From Isurus oxyrinchus (lineage: Eukaryota), in NCBI GenBank assembly GCA_026770705.1, contig JANJGN010000026.1, positions 35,898,001-35,962,000 on the forward strand: a DNA stretch of 64,000 nt, read 5' to 3'. Both the position numbers and the translations under genes were made by a program. A model generated the notes under the pieces. It saw only the letters and a list, made by a program, of their open reading frames with translations, ran no database searches and had not been told where the DNA came from. Position 1 is the first letter of the stretch; every line of letters starts with the position of its first letter. This document shows, one piece after another, positions 13,201 through 27,990 of the stretch.

Positions 13201-14980
13201 TATGGCTTGCCTCAATTTATATTAGTCCAGATCTTCTTTCAGTAATCACGGCACTAGGCTGTGTCTCAGTTTGTATTACATAGACCCTGTATCAGTAATG
13301 ACTGCATTAGACCCTGTCTCAGTTTGTATTAATCCAGACCCTGTATCAGTAATCACTGTACTTGGACCTATCTTAGTTTATAATGATCTAGACCCTGTAT
13401 CAGTAATCACTGCACTGGACATTGTCTGAGTTTATATTGATGGAGGCCACATGTCAGTAAACACTGCACTAGGCCCTGTGTCAGTTTACATTGATCTATA
13501 TCCTGTACCAGTAATCACTGCCAAGGGCACTGTCTCAGTTTATATTGATCAAGATCCTGTATCAGTTATCACTGCACTAGGCCCTGTCACAGTTTATATT
13601 AATTTAAGCCCTGTGTCAGACATGACTGCACTAGATCCTGTCTCAGTTTATATTCAACTAGACCCATATTGTAATTACTGCACTAGGCCCTGTCTCAGTT
13701 TAGATTAATCTTGACCCTGTATCAGTCATCTCTGCACTATGCTCTCCCTCAGTTTGTTTCAATCTAGACCCCTGTATCAGTAATCACTGCACGAGACCCT
13801 GTCTCAGTTTATATTAACTTAGAGCCTGCATCAGCCATCACTGCACAATGCCCTGCCTCAGTTTATATCAATCAGCAACCTTTGAACTAGGCCCTGTCTC
13901 AGTTTATATTAATCCAGGCCCTGCAACAGTAATCACTGCACTGGACCCTACCTTAGTTGATATTGATTTAGATCTTGTATCAGTAATCACTGCAAATGAC
14001 ACTGTCTCAGTTTATATTGATCCTGATCCTGTCTCATTAATCACTGCACCCTTTTCTTAGTTTATATTTAACGAGGCCCTGTCTCAGATTATATTAATTT
14101 AGACCGTCTATCAGTAATCACTGCACTAGACCCTGTATCAGTTTATATTAAACTAGATCCTGTGTCAGTAATCACTGCACTTGACCCTGCCTCAGTTTAT
14201 ATTAATCAACGCCCTGTTTCAGTGATCATTGCACTCGCTCATGTTCTGGTTATTATAATCTGCACCCTGAACCTATAATCAATGCACTTGGCCCTCACTC
14301 AGTTTCTAATGACCTAGACCCTGTATCAGTAACCACTGCAATATGCACTGCCTCAGTTTATATCAATTTAGACCCCGTAACAGTAATCACTGCACTTAGC
14401 CCTGTCTCCAGTTTTATTAATCTAGACACTGCATCAGTAATCACTGCACTAGAGCTAATCATGCTTATATTGACTTTATATCATAATCAGTGCAATGGAC
14501 ACTGTCTTTGTTTATATTGATCTACATCCTGTATCAGCAACCACTTCACTAGCCCCTGTCCTAGGTTATTTTTACCTCAGCCCTGTATCAGTAATCACTG
14601 CCCTATGGCCCGCCTCAGTGTATATCAACCTAGGCTCCATATCAGTGATCACTGCACTGGACATTGTCTGAATTTATATTGATCGAGACCCTGCATCAGT
14701 AAACACTGCACTAGCCCCTGTCTCATTTCATATTAATCGAGATCCTCTATCAGTAATCACTGCATTCTGACCTGCCTCAGTTTATATCAATCTAGACCCT
14801 GTACCAGTAATGGCTGCACGTGAGACTGTCTCAGTTTACATTAATCTAGACCCTGCATCAATAAACACTGCACTAGACCCTGTCTCAATTTATGACAATC
14901 TAGCTCTGTCAGTGAGCACTGCACTAGGCACTGTCAGTAAGCAATGCACTAGGCATTGTCTCAGTTTATATCAATCTGGA
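10246..14980 (+). repeat. 54-bp (2x27) satellite, right arm
   Basis: Same alternating 27-bp subunits. Includes a recent ~106-bp internal tandem duplication at ~12523-12735. Confidence 0.95.
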
Positions 14981-16258
14981 TAAAAGCAAAACACTGTCGA
15001 TGCTGGAAATCTGAACGAAAAGCATAAAATGCTGTAAAATCTCTGCAGGTCTGACAGCACCCGTGGTGAGAGAAGCTGAGTTAAAATTTTGAGACTGTGT
15101 GACTCTTCTTCAGAGCTAAAGAGAATTCAATGTTTGCTGTTTAAGCGGGGTGGAGCAGGTTAGGCTGGATAGAAGGCAAGGAATAGGTGGGGGAAAGGTG
15201 AGAATGATAAACATATCATGGGCAAAAGCAAAAAAGGGTGCATTAATGGTAGTGGTAAAGCTAAAGTAGGTGCTGATAGCATCATAAAGGTAAGAAAGCA
15301 GAATGTTAATAGCAGAACCAGAATCAGCACACTGTGAAAGAACAAATATCAGATGGCCTTTTTGGGGTGTAGTAGGGGGAGGGAGAGAGGTGGTTGGGGA
15401 AAAACGGTATGAAAATTAATAAAAAAGGGGATAAAACATTGAATAAATGGATAAGTTTGAAAGTGCATAATCAGAAGATGAGGTTCTGTTCCTCCAGTTT
15501 GCGTTGGGCTTCACTGGAACATTTCAGCAGGTCAAAGAGGGACAAGTGTGTTTGAGAGAAGGATGGCGTGTTGAAATTGCAAGCGACAGGGAGGTTGTCA
15601 TGTTTGCAGACAGACTGAAGGTGTTCCACAAAGCCATCTGCCAGATTGCGTATGGCCTCCCCAATGTAGTGGCGATGGCATTGGGAGCAGTGAATGCAGT
15701 GGACCAAATTGAAGGAGGTGCAAAGAACAGGTACTTCACTTGAAAGGACTGTTTGGGCCTTGGATGATGAGGAGGGAGGAGGTGAAAGGGCAGGTGTTTC
15801 AGCTTCTCTGATTGCTTGGGAAGATGCCATACGAAGGGGATGGGATGTTAGGGGTGATGGAGGAGTGGACCAGGGTGTCCCAGAGGGAACGGTCCCTGCA
15901 GAATGCTGACAGGCGTGGGTGGGTGGTGGTGGGGTGTTGAGGGGAAGATGTGTTTGGTGGTGGCATCACGGTGGAGTTGGTGGAAATGGCAGAAGATAAT
16001 CCTTTAGATGCGGGGATTGTGGGATGAATCATGAGGAAAAGGGGGACCCTATCATGATTCTGGGAGAGAGAGGAATGTGTGAAAGCAGAGATGTGGGAGA
16101 TGGGTCGGACACGGTTGAGGGCCCTGTCAACCACAGTGGGTGGGAAACCTTGGTTAAGGAAGAAGGAGTGCATGTCAGAAGCAGCATTTTGGAATGTAGC
16201 ATCATTGGAACAGACGTGAAGGAGGCGAAGGAACTGAGAGAATGGGATGGCGTTTTTC
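14981..16258 (-). mobile_element. Second, older Penelope-like copy (GIY-YIG end and terminal repeat)
   Basis: ORF 15471..15830 VHCIHCSQCHRHYIGEA...; colinear with 8190-8970. Confidence 0.88.
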
Positions 16259-16839
16259 CAGCGATTTCTGTTTTGATATCAATCCAGACCTTTTATCAGT
16301 AATCACTGCTTTGGACCTTGCCTCAGTTGACATTAACCACAACCCAGTATCAGTAATCACTGCACTGGGCCCTGCCTCAGGTTATGTCAATCAAGGCCCT
16401 GTTTTAATAATTCCTATACATTTCCTGTTCAATTTACTTCACACCCTCATTTGTCGCTGCAAATGTTAGATTACACGTGGATTTAGTTATTGTTGTACTG
16501 GAGAAAGTCACTTTTAACAGTACAATGGTTCCTAGCTTATTTATTACTGCAGCCGTCCATATCTCTACTTGTGTTGCAATTGGTTGTTTCCCAGTTATCA
16601 CTGCACCTGACCCTGCTGCTGTTTATATCATTAGGTCTTGCGCCAGTTATTACTACATTAGGCCATGCTTCTGTGAACACTCCAATTAATCCTGTCCCAG
16701 TTCGCACTGTAGCACAACCATGTTTTAATTTATTTTCCACTGCATCTTGTGTTCCATTACATTACACTGTACCATGCTTCAGTGATCACTTCCCTTGACC
16801 TGATGACCTTGTCTCAGTTATGACCGCACTGGACCATAT

Positions 16840-17510
16840 GAATGTACGAGCATACGAACAAGGAGCAGGAATAGGCCATAGGCCATTCAGGCCCTCAAGT
16901 CTGCTCCGCCATTTAATAAGATCATGGCTGATCTGATCACAACATGAAAGCTGCATCTCGCCGAGCCCCGATTACCTATCGCCCCCTTGCTTAGCAAGAA
17001 TCTATCCACCTCTGCCTTAAAAATATTCAAAGGCTCAGCTTCCACTGCCTTCTTAGGAAGAGAGTGCCAAAGACTAATGACCCTGAGAGTGAAAACAATT
17101 CGCCAAACCTCCCTATTACATGGGCAACCCCTTATTTCAAACAGTGACTCCAGTTCTAGATTCTACTACAAGAGGAACCATCCTCCACATCCACCCTGTC
17201 AAGACCTCTCTGGATCTTATATGTTTCATTCAAGTTGTCTCTTACCCTTGCCATCTCCAGCAGATACAAGCCGAGTTTGCCCAGCCATTCCTCATTAAAC
17301 AACCCACCCATTCCAAGTATTAGTCTAATAAAACTTCTCTGAACTTCTTAGAACACATTTACAACCTTCCTTAAATAAGGTGGCCAATACAGTGCACAGT
17401 ACACTAAACATGGCCTCCCTGGTGCCCTGTATAACTGAAGCATAACTTCCATACTTTTGTATTCAATTCCCATCACAATAAATGATAACATTCTATTAGC
17501 TTTCCCAATT
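16840..17510 (-). mobile_element. CR1 LINE 3' fragment
   Basis: Reverse complement of a CR1 3' end (ggagcaggaataggcc...ccatttaataagatcatggctgatc). Confidence 0.75.
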
Positions 17511-17789
17511 ACTTACCATTTCTCCTTGTATCTTCCTCTCAGCACGGCATCTGCGTATATAACGCTATCTGCATTTTAATTTATTAATGTACTGGACCAT
17601 GCCTCTATATACACTACAATTGACCTTTTCTCAGTTATTACTGCACTAGACTATGTCTCCATTTATATTACATTATATGCTGTGTCATTTATTAATGCAC
17701 ATAGCCGTGCCTCTATATATACTGCAAGTGACAAGTCCTGAGCTTCTGTTGCATTGCACAAAGTCTCCGTTTGTATTATATTAGGATTT

Positions 17790-18940
17790 ATCTGACAACC
17801 AACCTGTGAGAAAAATTATTGCTCATTGAATAAAAGAGACAGAAGCAATGTGGATACAAAATTGGCTGAAAAAAAGGAAGCAGGGAGTCATGATCAATGG
17901 ATACTTTTCGGGCTGGAGGAAGGCTTATCATGCAGTTCCCCATGGGTCAGTATTGGAACCCTTGCTTTTCCTGATATACATTAACGATCTAGGCCTTGGT
18001 GTGCAGGGGACAATTTGACATTTTGTGGATTATACGAAGGTTGGGAGTGTTGTAAACTACCAGGAGAATGGTGTGGAACTTCAAGAGGACGCAGACAAGT
18101 TGATGGAGTGGGCAGATAGTTGGCTGATGAAGTTCAATATGGAGAAGCATTTTGGCAAGAGGAACATTGGCAGACAATATAAAATAAGAGGTGGAATTTT
18201 GAAAGGAGTGCAGGAGCAGAGAGACTTGTTTTATGCATGCATTGATCATTGAAAGTGGCAGGATACGTGGAGAGAGCAGTTAATAAAGCAGAAAGTATCC
18301 AGGGCTCTATTATTAGGGGCATAAACCACAGGGAGGTTATGCTGAATTTATACAAGGCCCTTGTTGGACCTCAGCTGGAATATTGTGTACCGTCCTTGGT
18401 GCCATATTATAGGAAGGATGTGAAGACATTGGAGAGAGTGCTGAAGAGATTTACAAGAATATTCCCAGCAATGAGAAACTTCAGTTATAAGGATAGATTG
18501 GAAAAGTTTTGTCTATGTTCCATGGAGAGGAGAAGGCTGAGAGGAGATTTGATTGAAGTTTTCCAAATCATGAGTGGGCCGGGCAGACTAGAAATGAATA
18601 AGTTGTTCCCATTCGTAAAAGGATAAAGAACGAGAGGGCACAGGTTTAAAGTGATTTACAAAAGAAGCAAAGGTGCCATGAGAAAAAACTTTTTCACGCA
18701 ACGAGTGGTTCGGGTCTGGAATACATTACCTGGAAGTGTCATGGAGGCAGGTTCAATCGAGGCATTCAGGAGGGCAGTAAATGATTATTTGAATAGAAAC
18801 AAAGTGCAAGGGTGCGGGGAAAAGCCAAGGCAATGGCAGTGGATCAGAACGCTCATTTGGAGAGCCGATGCAGACACGATGGGCCGAATGGCCTCCTTCT
18901 GTGCCGTTAAAGTTCTGTGTATCTATGATCCTGTGATATT
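17790..18940 (+). mobile_element. CR1 LINE ORF2 3' fragment
   Basis: ORFs 18025..18252 and 18249..18626 (LYKALVGPQLEYCV...RRRLRGDLIEVFQIM), and 18651..18950 (NFFTQRVVRVWNTLP). Confidence 0.9.
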
Positions 18941-20299
18941 AATGTATTAGGCTGCTTCATTCATTACTGTAATCTTCTATGTCTCACGTTATATTATGAA
19001 GGTCCTATCCCATTTATTAATACACTAGACCAAGTCTCAGTTATTATTGCCCTATAAAAGGTCTCTGCTAACTGGAAAGAGCTGGAGAGAGAGCCAGGTG
19101 GATAGACGGGTATTAATTTTTTAAATGTTGTAAAAAGGTGTTGGAAGAATATATTTAGTCTTGTTACTAACGATTAGGTGTTGCGCGCAATTTCCAATTG
19201 CTCTGGTGTAATGTGTGTAATGTTTGTGTTGAAAGGTTGGGGTGAATCTTGTAACATTCCCTTCATCAATGAGATTGAGGAACAGAAATAAAGGTCAACC
19301 ACATTACACTGCACATTACACAAGTTAGTCACAAACTATGTTGTGTTGGAGATGACGAATTCGTATTTTGTGGCAATTGCTCACAGTTTGCTTTAATTTC
19401 CAGATATTTTTCACTTTTCCAATAGGAATTTCTGTTTGCTTTTGGCACAGCCACTGATTGTGGGAGATAGGGCCTGAAGCTCTTTCTTCAGGCGAATGGG
19501 CAGCCGCAGGCTCCTAATAACCAATGTCCTTGTGCGTGAAAGGTGTGTGTGCATATGTGTGTGTCACTGCGTGTGTGTCTGTATGTGTGGCTGTCTGGCT
19601 GTGTGTGTGTGAATGTGTGCAGCTGTATGTGTGGCTGTAGATTCGGGTACGTCTGGAACATATCACGCTTCATTGCTTGCAAAAGACATTATAATTATTT
19701 TTCAGCGCGTTACGATAATTTATTGAGAATCTGCTGTTTATGCTGCCGTTAATATTTATCGGCAATGCATTATCTTGCGTGCTCTGGAAAGTAATGTCAA
19801 GCTGGCCATTCCGTTGTCACGGAAAATATATCTTTCAAATGACTCACTGAACTTATTCCCTCTCTTCCCCTGACTCAGACTACACCTAAATCAGTTAACA
19901 TCTCTTCTCTCTCAGACCTCACTTAATTCACTAAACAGATTCACAAGGGCCGGATCTGACAGCTACGAGGAACCACTCTTTAAATCTTTTGCTTAAGGCA
20001 CATTATCACTGAAAAGATTAAGCGCCAAGAGATCATCAGAGGAAAATTCAGTGCCATAAAGGCACCAGCTCACTCACTTAACTTCTCTCCTCTCTTTCTC
20101 TCTGAGGCACCACCAAACTCTCTTAAAACTTTCCATTTTAGAATAACCCCCTGTGAGCGGTATTATTGTTTTAATTTCCCCTCTTTTCTCCCAGTGATAA
20201 CCATCAATCTCGGTTTCAGTTAATATGTTATAACCAAAATAACCTCATTTATTTAATTGTTTAAATTGGGAATGGCATTGAATGCAATGCTGAGACCGG

Positions 20300-20658
20300 C
20301 AGCAATCTGTGTGGTTGCTCTTGATGCTGTCAGAGTGAGTTCACCCTCACAGGCAGGAAGACTGTTCACGGTGATAACATGAAACTGACGCCTGCTGTTT
20401 CTTTCTCAGGTAACACAACTTCCTGCTTCTCTGCTGCCGGTTCCAAACCGCACATCTCACTTCTGAGCAGAAAATAAATTCAGGGGCCACAATCTGGTGA
20501 GAACATCTGTCAAGGCGGCTTATATCTGGCCATAGAGTCAGGGCAGAGTCACACAGATCACATTGCAGTGACATTTACAAATGAGCCTATGTGATCCGTT
20601 TAGAGCGTCCATTTCCAGGACATGACTGGATGGTCAGTCACTGAGCTCCCTCGAGTCC
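20300..20658 (-). pseudogene. Possible highly decayed TCR V relic
   Basis: On the minus strand: acceptor ccctgtttcag|, then GTRGSSVT, later SLQC and APEFI. No YYC or RSS is recognisable. Confidence 0.25.
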
Positions 20659-22789
20659 CTGAAACAGGGAAATGAGATCTTGCTACCTTTCATTTTTCGT
20701 TGTCATGCTCCACCATCCGCCCCCACTCTAGCTCCCCCTCCACACCCCACCAACACTGCCCACCCCCCAACCCGCCACGCACACACACACTCCCTGCATA
20801 TACACTTTCCCTTGAAACTTGTTTCTTTTGTTTCTCTACAACATTCTGTCTCCCTTTTTCATTTTAAGTCTCCTTCCCTTAGTTTTATCTCTGCCTTTCT
20901 CTCTGTGTATTGATGTCCACCTCTCTGTGTGTCTATTAAATAGAAGCATTCAAAATCATGAAACGTTTGTTAGTGTGAATAAAGAGAGATTATTTCAACT
21001 GGTAGGAGGGTCGGTAACCAGGGGACACAAATTTACTTTGTTGAACAGGAAGACAGGAGGATAATTGTTTATTTTTCTAACACGGCGAGTTGTTCTGAAC
21101 TGGAATGCACAGCTTGAAAGGGTGATGGAATCAGACCAATAGTAACTTTATAAAATGAATTCTACAAATACTTAAAGTGGTTAAAATTTGAAGGATTACA
21201 GGGAATGGGGTCAATTGAAATGCTCATCTATATCATTGTCCCAGCACCTTTCCTGTATCTACCTCTGTCCCTCTTTGAGTCCAAATAAAATGCAATAATT
21301 ATACAGCTTTTGTCTTCTGTTAATCCTGTCTTTTGACAGCGTTTGAGTGCATGTGTGTCGATAATTGTCAGGAATCATTCAGAAGTTCACTACTGTTTAC
21401 AAACCACTATTTCGAACAAAATAATAACACTAAATAGAGCTCGTTTAGTAGAAAGCACGATTATCTTTAACATTTTCGGCTCTGATTTTTCCTCTGGTGA
21501 GGTTTTGGTGTTCAGTCCTTTTCAGTCATCATGTGCCTCAAGCTGAAGATTTAAACATTGGTTTCGAGAAGCTGCCGAGTCCGGCCCCTGCGTGTCTGTG
21601 TAAATGGACATCTGCCGGTAAGAATGAGAAGGAGTAGATTATTTTCTGTTCCTCTGACAGATGCAACATTGACCCTGCAGATATCAGAAATCTCATGAGT
21701 CTGCAATGATTGTCCTCCCCTAAGGTACAACAGCTCTTAGTCAGGTGGAGTCAGTCACACGGGCCTCTGTCATGATGTATCCGCTCCGTTTTAACCATAC
21801 AAATCTCTGGGTCACTCACCATAACATAGAAGCCTGCGCTAAGGCCCGAAACATCAAAGATTGCTTCCTCACACTTTCACACCCTATTACAGTCAGATGT
21901 TTATTAGAACCCCTGCATCTCTTTACGTCAGGTTACCAGCAGCCTCTGTTATTGACACACTGGAGCTGGCCTCTGTGATTAATATTGGACCAGGATTCAG
22001 TCTGGCCCGGGCGCGGCAGTCAGAATTCCCTTTGCAAATCCAAGGAGGGAGATGTTGTTTGTATTTTTGGAGAGTGCGGGAAGGTCAAAGCAGCAAAAAT
22101 GTCCCAGGATCCCGTCCTTTGCTGGATGGAGAAACTGTCCAGAGTTTCTCTGCCTTGACTTCCGCCTCCTGAGTGTAAGGAAATAATGGATAAAAGAACT
22201 TAAAGGCTGACATATAAATTCTCACCGTGAGCACTGGGAGTTATTAAATGGTGAACTCTCTGGATCGAGGCTTCAACCCACAACCTTTTGACCCAGGGGT
22301 AACAGTGATGCTAATTGGTCAATGCTGACATGATGTATCCCCAGTTCCCATTGCAGTAGTACAACGGCAACTCATGACAGATGCTAGAAATCTAAAATAA
22401 AAACCGAATGTGCTGGAAATCCTCAACAGGTCAGACAGCAGGTGTCGAGCCTATTTGTTTTCCGTCATATTTTTTGCAACCTTGGGGAAAGTGTGGAGAG
22501 GTGGGAGGATTTTGGAGGCTAATTAAAAACCGGCGTTCTGTCACACGGACACTCTTCCTGTGGTCAATGGAGCTGGGCGTGGAATCTGAACACAGATCTT
22601 ACAGCTCAAAAGCAGGAGGACCGCCAACTGTACCACTCGGCAGTGCAGTGGCTGTGGAGAGAAGCGGAGTTAAAGTTTCTAATCGATGACCCCGGTTCTG
22701 CTAAAGGGTCATCGCCATGAAATGTTCACTCTGTTTTTCGCCACAGATTCTGCCTGATCTGCAGAGTAATTCCAGGATGTTATGTTTTA

Positions 22790-23730
22790 TTTGCTATTAC
22801 ACTAGACTGTGTCAGTATTATTGCACCAACTACATCTCATTCATATTGCAGTGGCACTTGACTCTGTTATTGGGCATTAGGCAAAAGATTTGCTATTGTA
22901 TCAATTGGCGCTGTCTCACACACACTATTATATCAGACCCAACTTCGATTTGGACAGATCAGGTGCTGACTGTGTCGTTATCACACTGGACCCAGTGATG
23001 TATTCAATGATGCACTGCAACCTGCTATCCTCCGTTATCATCAAACATTGCACTAATTACACAGAGCTTTATCGGTTAAAATCTTTTCCCTATATCTAAT
23101 CTCATTGTATAAAATGCTGTCTCTGTAATGTTGCACCAAGAGCCTACATGTCATTCAAATTCTAATGCAAACATCTTTCATTATTTCTGAAAACCTTGTG
23201 CCAATCAGTTTTCAATAGTAACCTGCTTCTGATATTGTTAAGGTTGACCCTGTTTCTGCTCGTGTTTCGCCATGACCTCTTTCAGTTGTTATTTTATACA
23301 AAGTATTTTTGTTATTATGATCGCACAAATATTGGTTCATTCAATGTTATACCAAGTCCTCCCTCTCTCATATTCCTGAACTCTGTTTATATGACTCCTT
23401 GGGCCAATTTATGTTATCACCGCACTAGCACATGCCTCTGTCTGTACTGCACCAGGTATTGTGTCTGTTATTACTTACACTAGCCGATACCTATGCTTAT
23501 ATTACACCAGGTCCTCTCTCTGATATTAACACATGGGCCCATATGCCTGGTTATATAACACCAGCTCTTGTCTCTGTTTTTACTTCATTAGCCGATATCT
23601 CCTTATATATTAAACCAGTCACTGTCTCTGTTATCAATGTGGCAAGCCATATCTCTGTTTCTGTTACACCAAGTTCGGTCTCTGTTTATGCTCGACTAGG
23701 CCCTGGTTTATTTTCGTTAAGATTACATTG
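22790..23730 (+). repeat. Degenerate 27-bp satellite
   Basis: Decayed tctgtttatattacactag-type units. Confidence 0.6.
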
Positions 23731-24929
23731 ATTATACAACCTGCAGTTAAACTAATCTGTCCAAACATGTTTCGAGTGGTTGTGGTGGAATTCGTGAAGA
23801 TAACAGTTAAAAAAGTGGAAATAGAAATAGTGAAATTCTCTGGAGAGCAGCGGGAGTTTCAATCCTTCCCATCATCAGGAATAATAAATCGGAGAATTTC
23901 AGATGAATTAATCTCATGTCAGGTGTAGGTAAAGTTTGATTTTTGCCATCACTGCACAAATCATCACACATTCGAGATTATCAGGAGCTTCTGAGAGATA
24001 TTGAGGTGATCATTTGTTAATAAACTGCAGGTTATTCTCGATGTGATTTACTCTGCTTTCCAACTGATCACCAGGGATAGATAAACCACCTTAGAAACAA
24101 AATCGTCAGTCTGACATCACTTTATAAACAAAGGCACACAACAGACTAGTTATCAATAAATACTTACAGTATTAAACAATCTACAATTTAAATAAATGCA
24201 TAGTTTTGGATTTGAACACAATCACTGAAGGCAGGAGTGGAATGAAAGTTGTCACTTGGAGAAAAGAAGAGGAGTTGCAAAAAAAATTCTCCAAAGAGTG
24301 TTATTAGATAACATGAAATTCAAAACGAATAAGGGACTGTCTCAGAGAGAGAGAGAGAGAGAGAGTGAGAGAGCGGGGGTGTGGGGGGTGGGAGTTAGGT
24401 GATGGGTGGAGAAAGAGAGAGAGAGAGAGAGAAAGAAAGGGTAAGAGAAAGAGAGAAAGAGAGAAGAGGTTCAATGAGTTAGACGCTGCCTCAGACAGAG
24501 AAAGAAGGGACATTCAATGAGTTTGGTGATGAACATGCTCATCTTAGTGACGAAAGTGTCAGAATGACATCACTTTTTAAACAAAAGTACACAACGAAAC
24601 ATGCTATCAATAAATATTTACAGTATTAAATCATCCGCAGTGACAGTTTGAGTAAAATAAAATTAAATATTGAAACACTCGAGTAAAGATCATTATTTAT
24701 CTTTGAGAAACGGCGGTATAAGCAAGAAGCATGATTTTTTTTCTATACGGCACACAAAATTGACCATATCTGATACATAATTTCTTTGATTAAAACTAAA
24801 TGAAAATAACTATCAGGTGCTGCAAAGAACGGGCCACCCAATACCGCCCGTTTTAGGCCAACGTCAGGGAACAATTCCCACCTCAACGTCTTTTGTGCAT
24901 AATATTATCTCTCCAACTCACAGTTGCAG

Positions 24930-26610
24930 TAATCACAGAGACATGGCCAAGCGTAGAAATAACTGAGGCAGGGTTAGCACACTAACACTGGGTCAATTGA
25001 TATTAATCCTCTCTTGGGACTAGAACAGTAATGATTGATCCGGCACATGGATTAATAACATCCGAGACAGGGTCTGGTGCTGTAATATCTCAGACTGCCT
25101 ATGGTGTATGATAAACAAAAACATGCTCTTGTGGAATAAAAACAGGGACAGGGCGGGTGTAATAAAAGATGTATGGCTTAGTTCAGCAGCAACTAAGACA
25201 GAGTTTAGCGTTGTATATACAGACACTGGGCCCAAAGTAGTAATAACTGAGGGTTTTCCACACTTACTACAACCATAGCCACGGCCGAATTCAGGGAAAG
25301 CTGAGACGAGGCCGAGCACTGAAATAACTGAGGCAGGAACTGGTGTAATATTATCATGGACATAATCCATTTCAATATAAACAAAGTCAGGGTTGGTGCA
25401 GTAATGCTGAGACAGGGCTGAGTGCACCAATTATTGATACAGCATCCACGGTAATACAAACGAAGGCTGGGCCTAGTATCAGCAATTATTGAGCCAGGAC
25501 CTAGTGCAGTAATAACAGACTGTGTAGTATAAACAGAGACATGGTCTACACAGAATTAACAATAACAGAGCCTATTTTCATATAAACAGAGGCAATGTCT
25601 AGTGTAATATAAACGGAATCAGGGTCTCGTGTAATATAAACTGAGAAAGGGTCTAGTGTGGTATAGACTGAGGCGGTGTCTAATTTAATATAAACTGAGA
25701 CAGGGTCTCGTGTAATATAAACTGAGATAGAGTCTACTGTAATGTAAACAAAGACGAGTTCTAGTGTAATTTAAACTGATACGGGCTCCAGTGTAATATT
25801 ACCTGAGACGGGGTCTAATGTAATATAAACTGAGACAGGGTCGAGTGTTATATAAACTGAGATAGGGTCTAACAGAATATAAGCAAAAAGGTGATTGACA
25901 GTAATATAAACAGAGGCATGATGTACTGGAGTAAAAAGTGCGGCAGTGCTGAGTGCAGTAATAATTGAGACAGTGTCCTGTGTAATATGAACACCAGCAT
26001 GGTCTGGTTTAGTAATAATTGAGACAGGATCTAGTAGAAGGAAACTGACACGGGGTCTACTGCAGTTTCATCTGATATAGGACCTTGTTTAATGTAAGCT
26101 AGTGCAATAACTACCAACACAGGGCCTGGATTAATATAAACAGAGATGTGAGCAAGTGCAGCAATAAGAAACAGGCACGGTATTATACAATAATAACAGT
26201 GACAGGGCATCGTGTGATATAAACAGAGACATAGACTGGTGCAGCGTTCGCCAAGACATCCCCTAGTTTAGTATAAACGTGGCAGAGTCTAGTCGTGCAA
26301 TAACAGAGACAGAGCCTCGTGTCATGTAAACAGGAACATGTTCTGGTTTCGTATAAGTAAAGACAAGTACCAGTGCAGTAACAACTGAGGTATGGACTAT
26401 TGTCATATTAGCCATGGTTTAGTGCAGTGATAACTGAGAGAATGTTTGGTGTAGCATGGTATTTGTCCTGTATATTGACTGAGGTTGAGCTATTATAGAA
26501 ACAACTGAGACACAACCTGTTATAATATGATGATAGACATCACTGAGTGTGATATATACAGTCAAATGTCAAGTTTAATATGAACAGGGAAAGGGTTCAG
26601 TGCAGAAATG
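24930..26610 (-). repeat. Degenerate 27-bp satellite
   Basis: gtgtaatataaactgagacagggtcta units at a ~27-bp period, best preserved at 25600-25900. Confidence 0.8.
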
Positions 26611-26724
26611 ATTGTTTCATATAATGTCAGTATTCTCTGTTTCATTGCCATCTACTGGACGGACTGTACTATTGCAGATGTTGTGAAAATGTCGATTTCC
26701 GTTGCTGCTTCCGACATTAATGAT

Positions 26725-27990
26725 AGAATCATAGAATTCTTACATCGCAGGAACATGCCATTCGGCCACTTCTGTCCGTGATAACCCTCTGAAGGAGTAA
26801 TTGACCTTGGGCCACAGTTTTCCCTGTAGTCCAGCATCTTTTTTTTCTTTTCAGATAAGGATCCAGTTTCGTTTTGAAAGCATCAATTGTCCCTCAATCC
26901 ACCACAGTGTCAGGCAGTGCATTCCAGATCCCAACCACTCACTGCGCGAAATGTTTTTCCTCTTGTCTCTATTTCTTCTTCTCCAGATTACTTTAAACCT
27001 GAGCTATCTGGTTCTCAATCCTTCCACCACTGGGAACAATTTCTCCCTATCTCCTCTGCCCAGACCCTTCTGCCCAGACCCTTCATGATTTTTAATACCA
27101 CAATCACATCTCCTCTAAACATTCTCTCCTCAAACGAGACTAAAGCCACCCGCTCCACTCTTTAGACACAACTGGTGTTCGTTATCCCTGGAAAAATTTC
27201 CATGAACCTTTCCTGTGCCCTCTCTCATGCCTTCAAATTCTTCCAAAAGTGTAGTGCCCGCAATTGGATGCAATTCTCCAGTTGAGGCCTAACCAGTGTG
27301 CCACACACGTTCAACATAACCTCTTTGTTTTAAACTATTTTCCTCTATTAATAAAGCTCAGGATGTTGCATACTTTATTAATCACGCTCTTTCAACTTGT
27401 CCTGCCACCTTCAATAACTTATATACATTAACACCCAGGTCACTCAGCTCCTGCAGCCCCTTTGGAATAATACCCTTTCTTTTATACTGTCTATCTGCGT
27501 TCTTTCTACCAAAATTTCATCTGTCACTTGTCCGCCCTTTCCACCAACCTCTCGATGTCTTTTTGAAGTTCTAAACTATCCTCCTCATGGCCCGCAATGC
27601 TTCCACATTTCGCATCGTCCGTATATTTTGACATTGTGCCCTGTACACCAAGGCCCAGTTTATGAATAAATATTATGAAAAGTAGGCGTCATGGCACTGA
27701 CGCTTAGGGAACTTCATTATAATCCTTCCCCAAGTCCGAAAAACAAACGTTCAAAACTACTCTTTGTTTCCTGGCACTCAGCCAGATCCCAATCCATGAT
27801 GTTACCGTCCATTTTATTCCAGTGAGCTCCAACTTTGCTCACATGCCTGTTGTGCGGCATTTCCTCAAATGTCTCTCAGAGACCCTGTAAACCACGTCAA
27901 AAGCATTACCCTCATCAACCATCGCTGCTATGTCATCAAAAAACTCAAGCAAGTAGATAAACTTGATATTCGCAGAACAGATCCATGCTG
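26725..27990 (-). mobile_element. Degenerate CR1 LINE 3' part
   Basis: Starts with an atagaatcatagaat tail; reverse-complement similarity to the other CR1 copies. Confidence 0.7.

Noticed and set aside
5990-14980. ORFs with VSVYINLDPVSVITALDP repeats as a repetitive protein
   Set aside because: A by-product of the 54-bp period. Frames are broken repeatedly and there is no gene structure.
5990-14980. Satellite unit resembling an RSS (agtttatat-24-cactgca)
   Set aside because: It lacks the essential GTG/CAC end of the heptamer, the nonamer match is weak, and the spacing may be coincidental.
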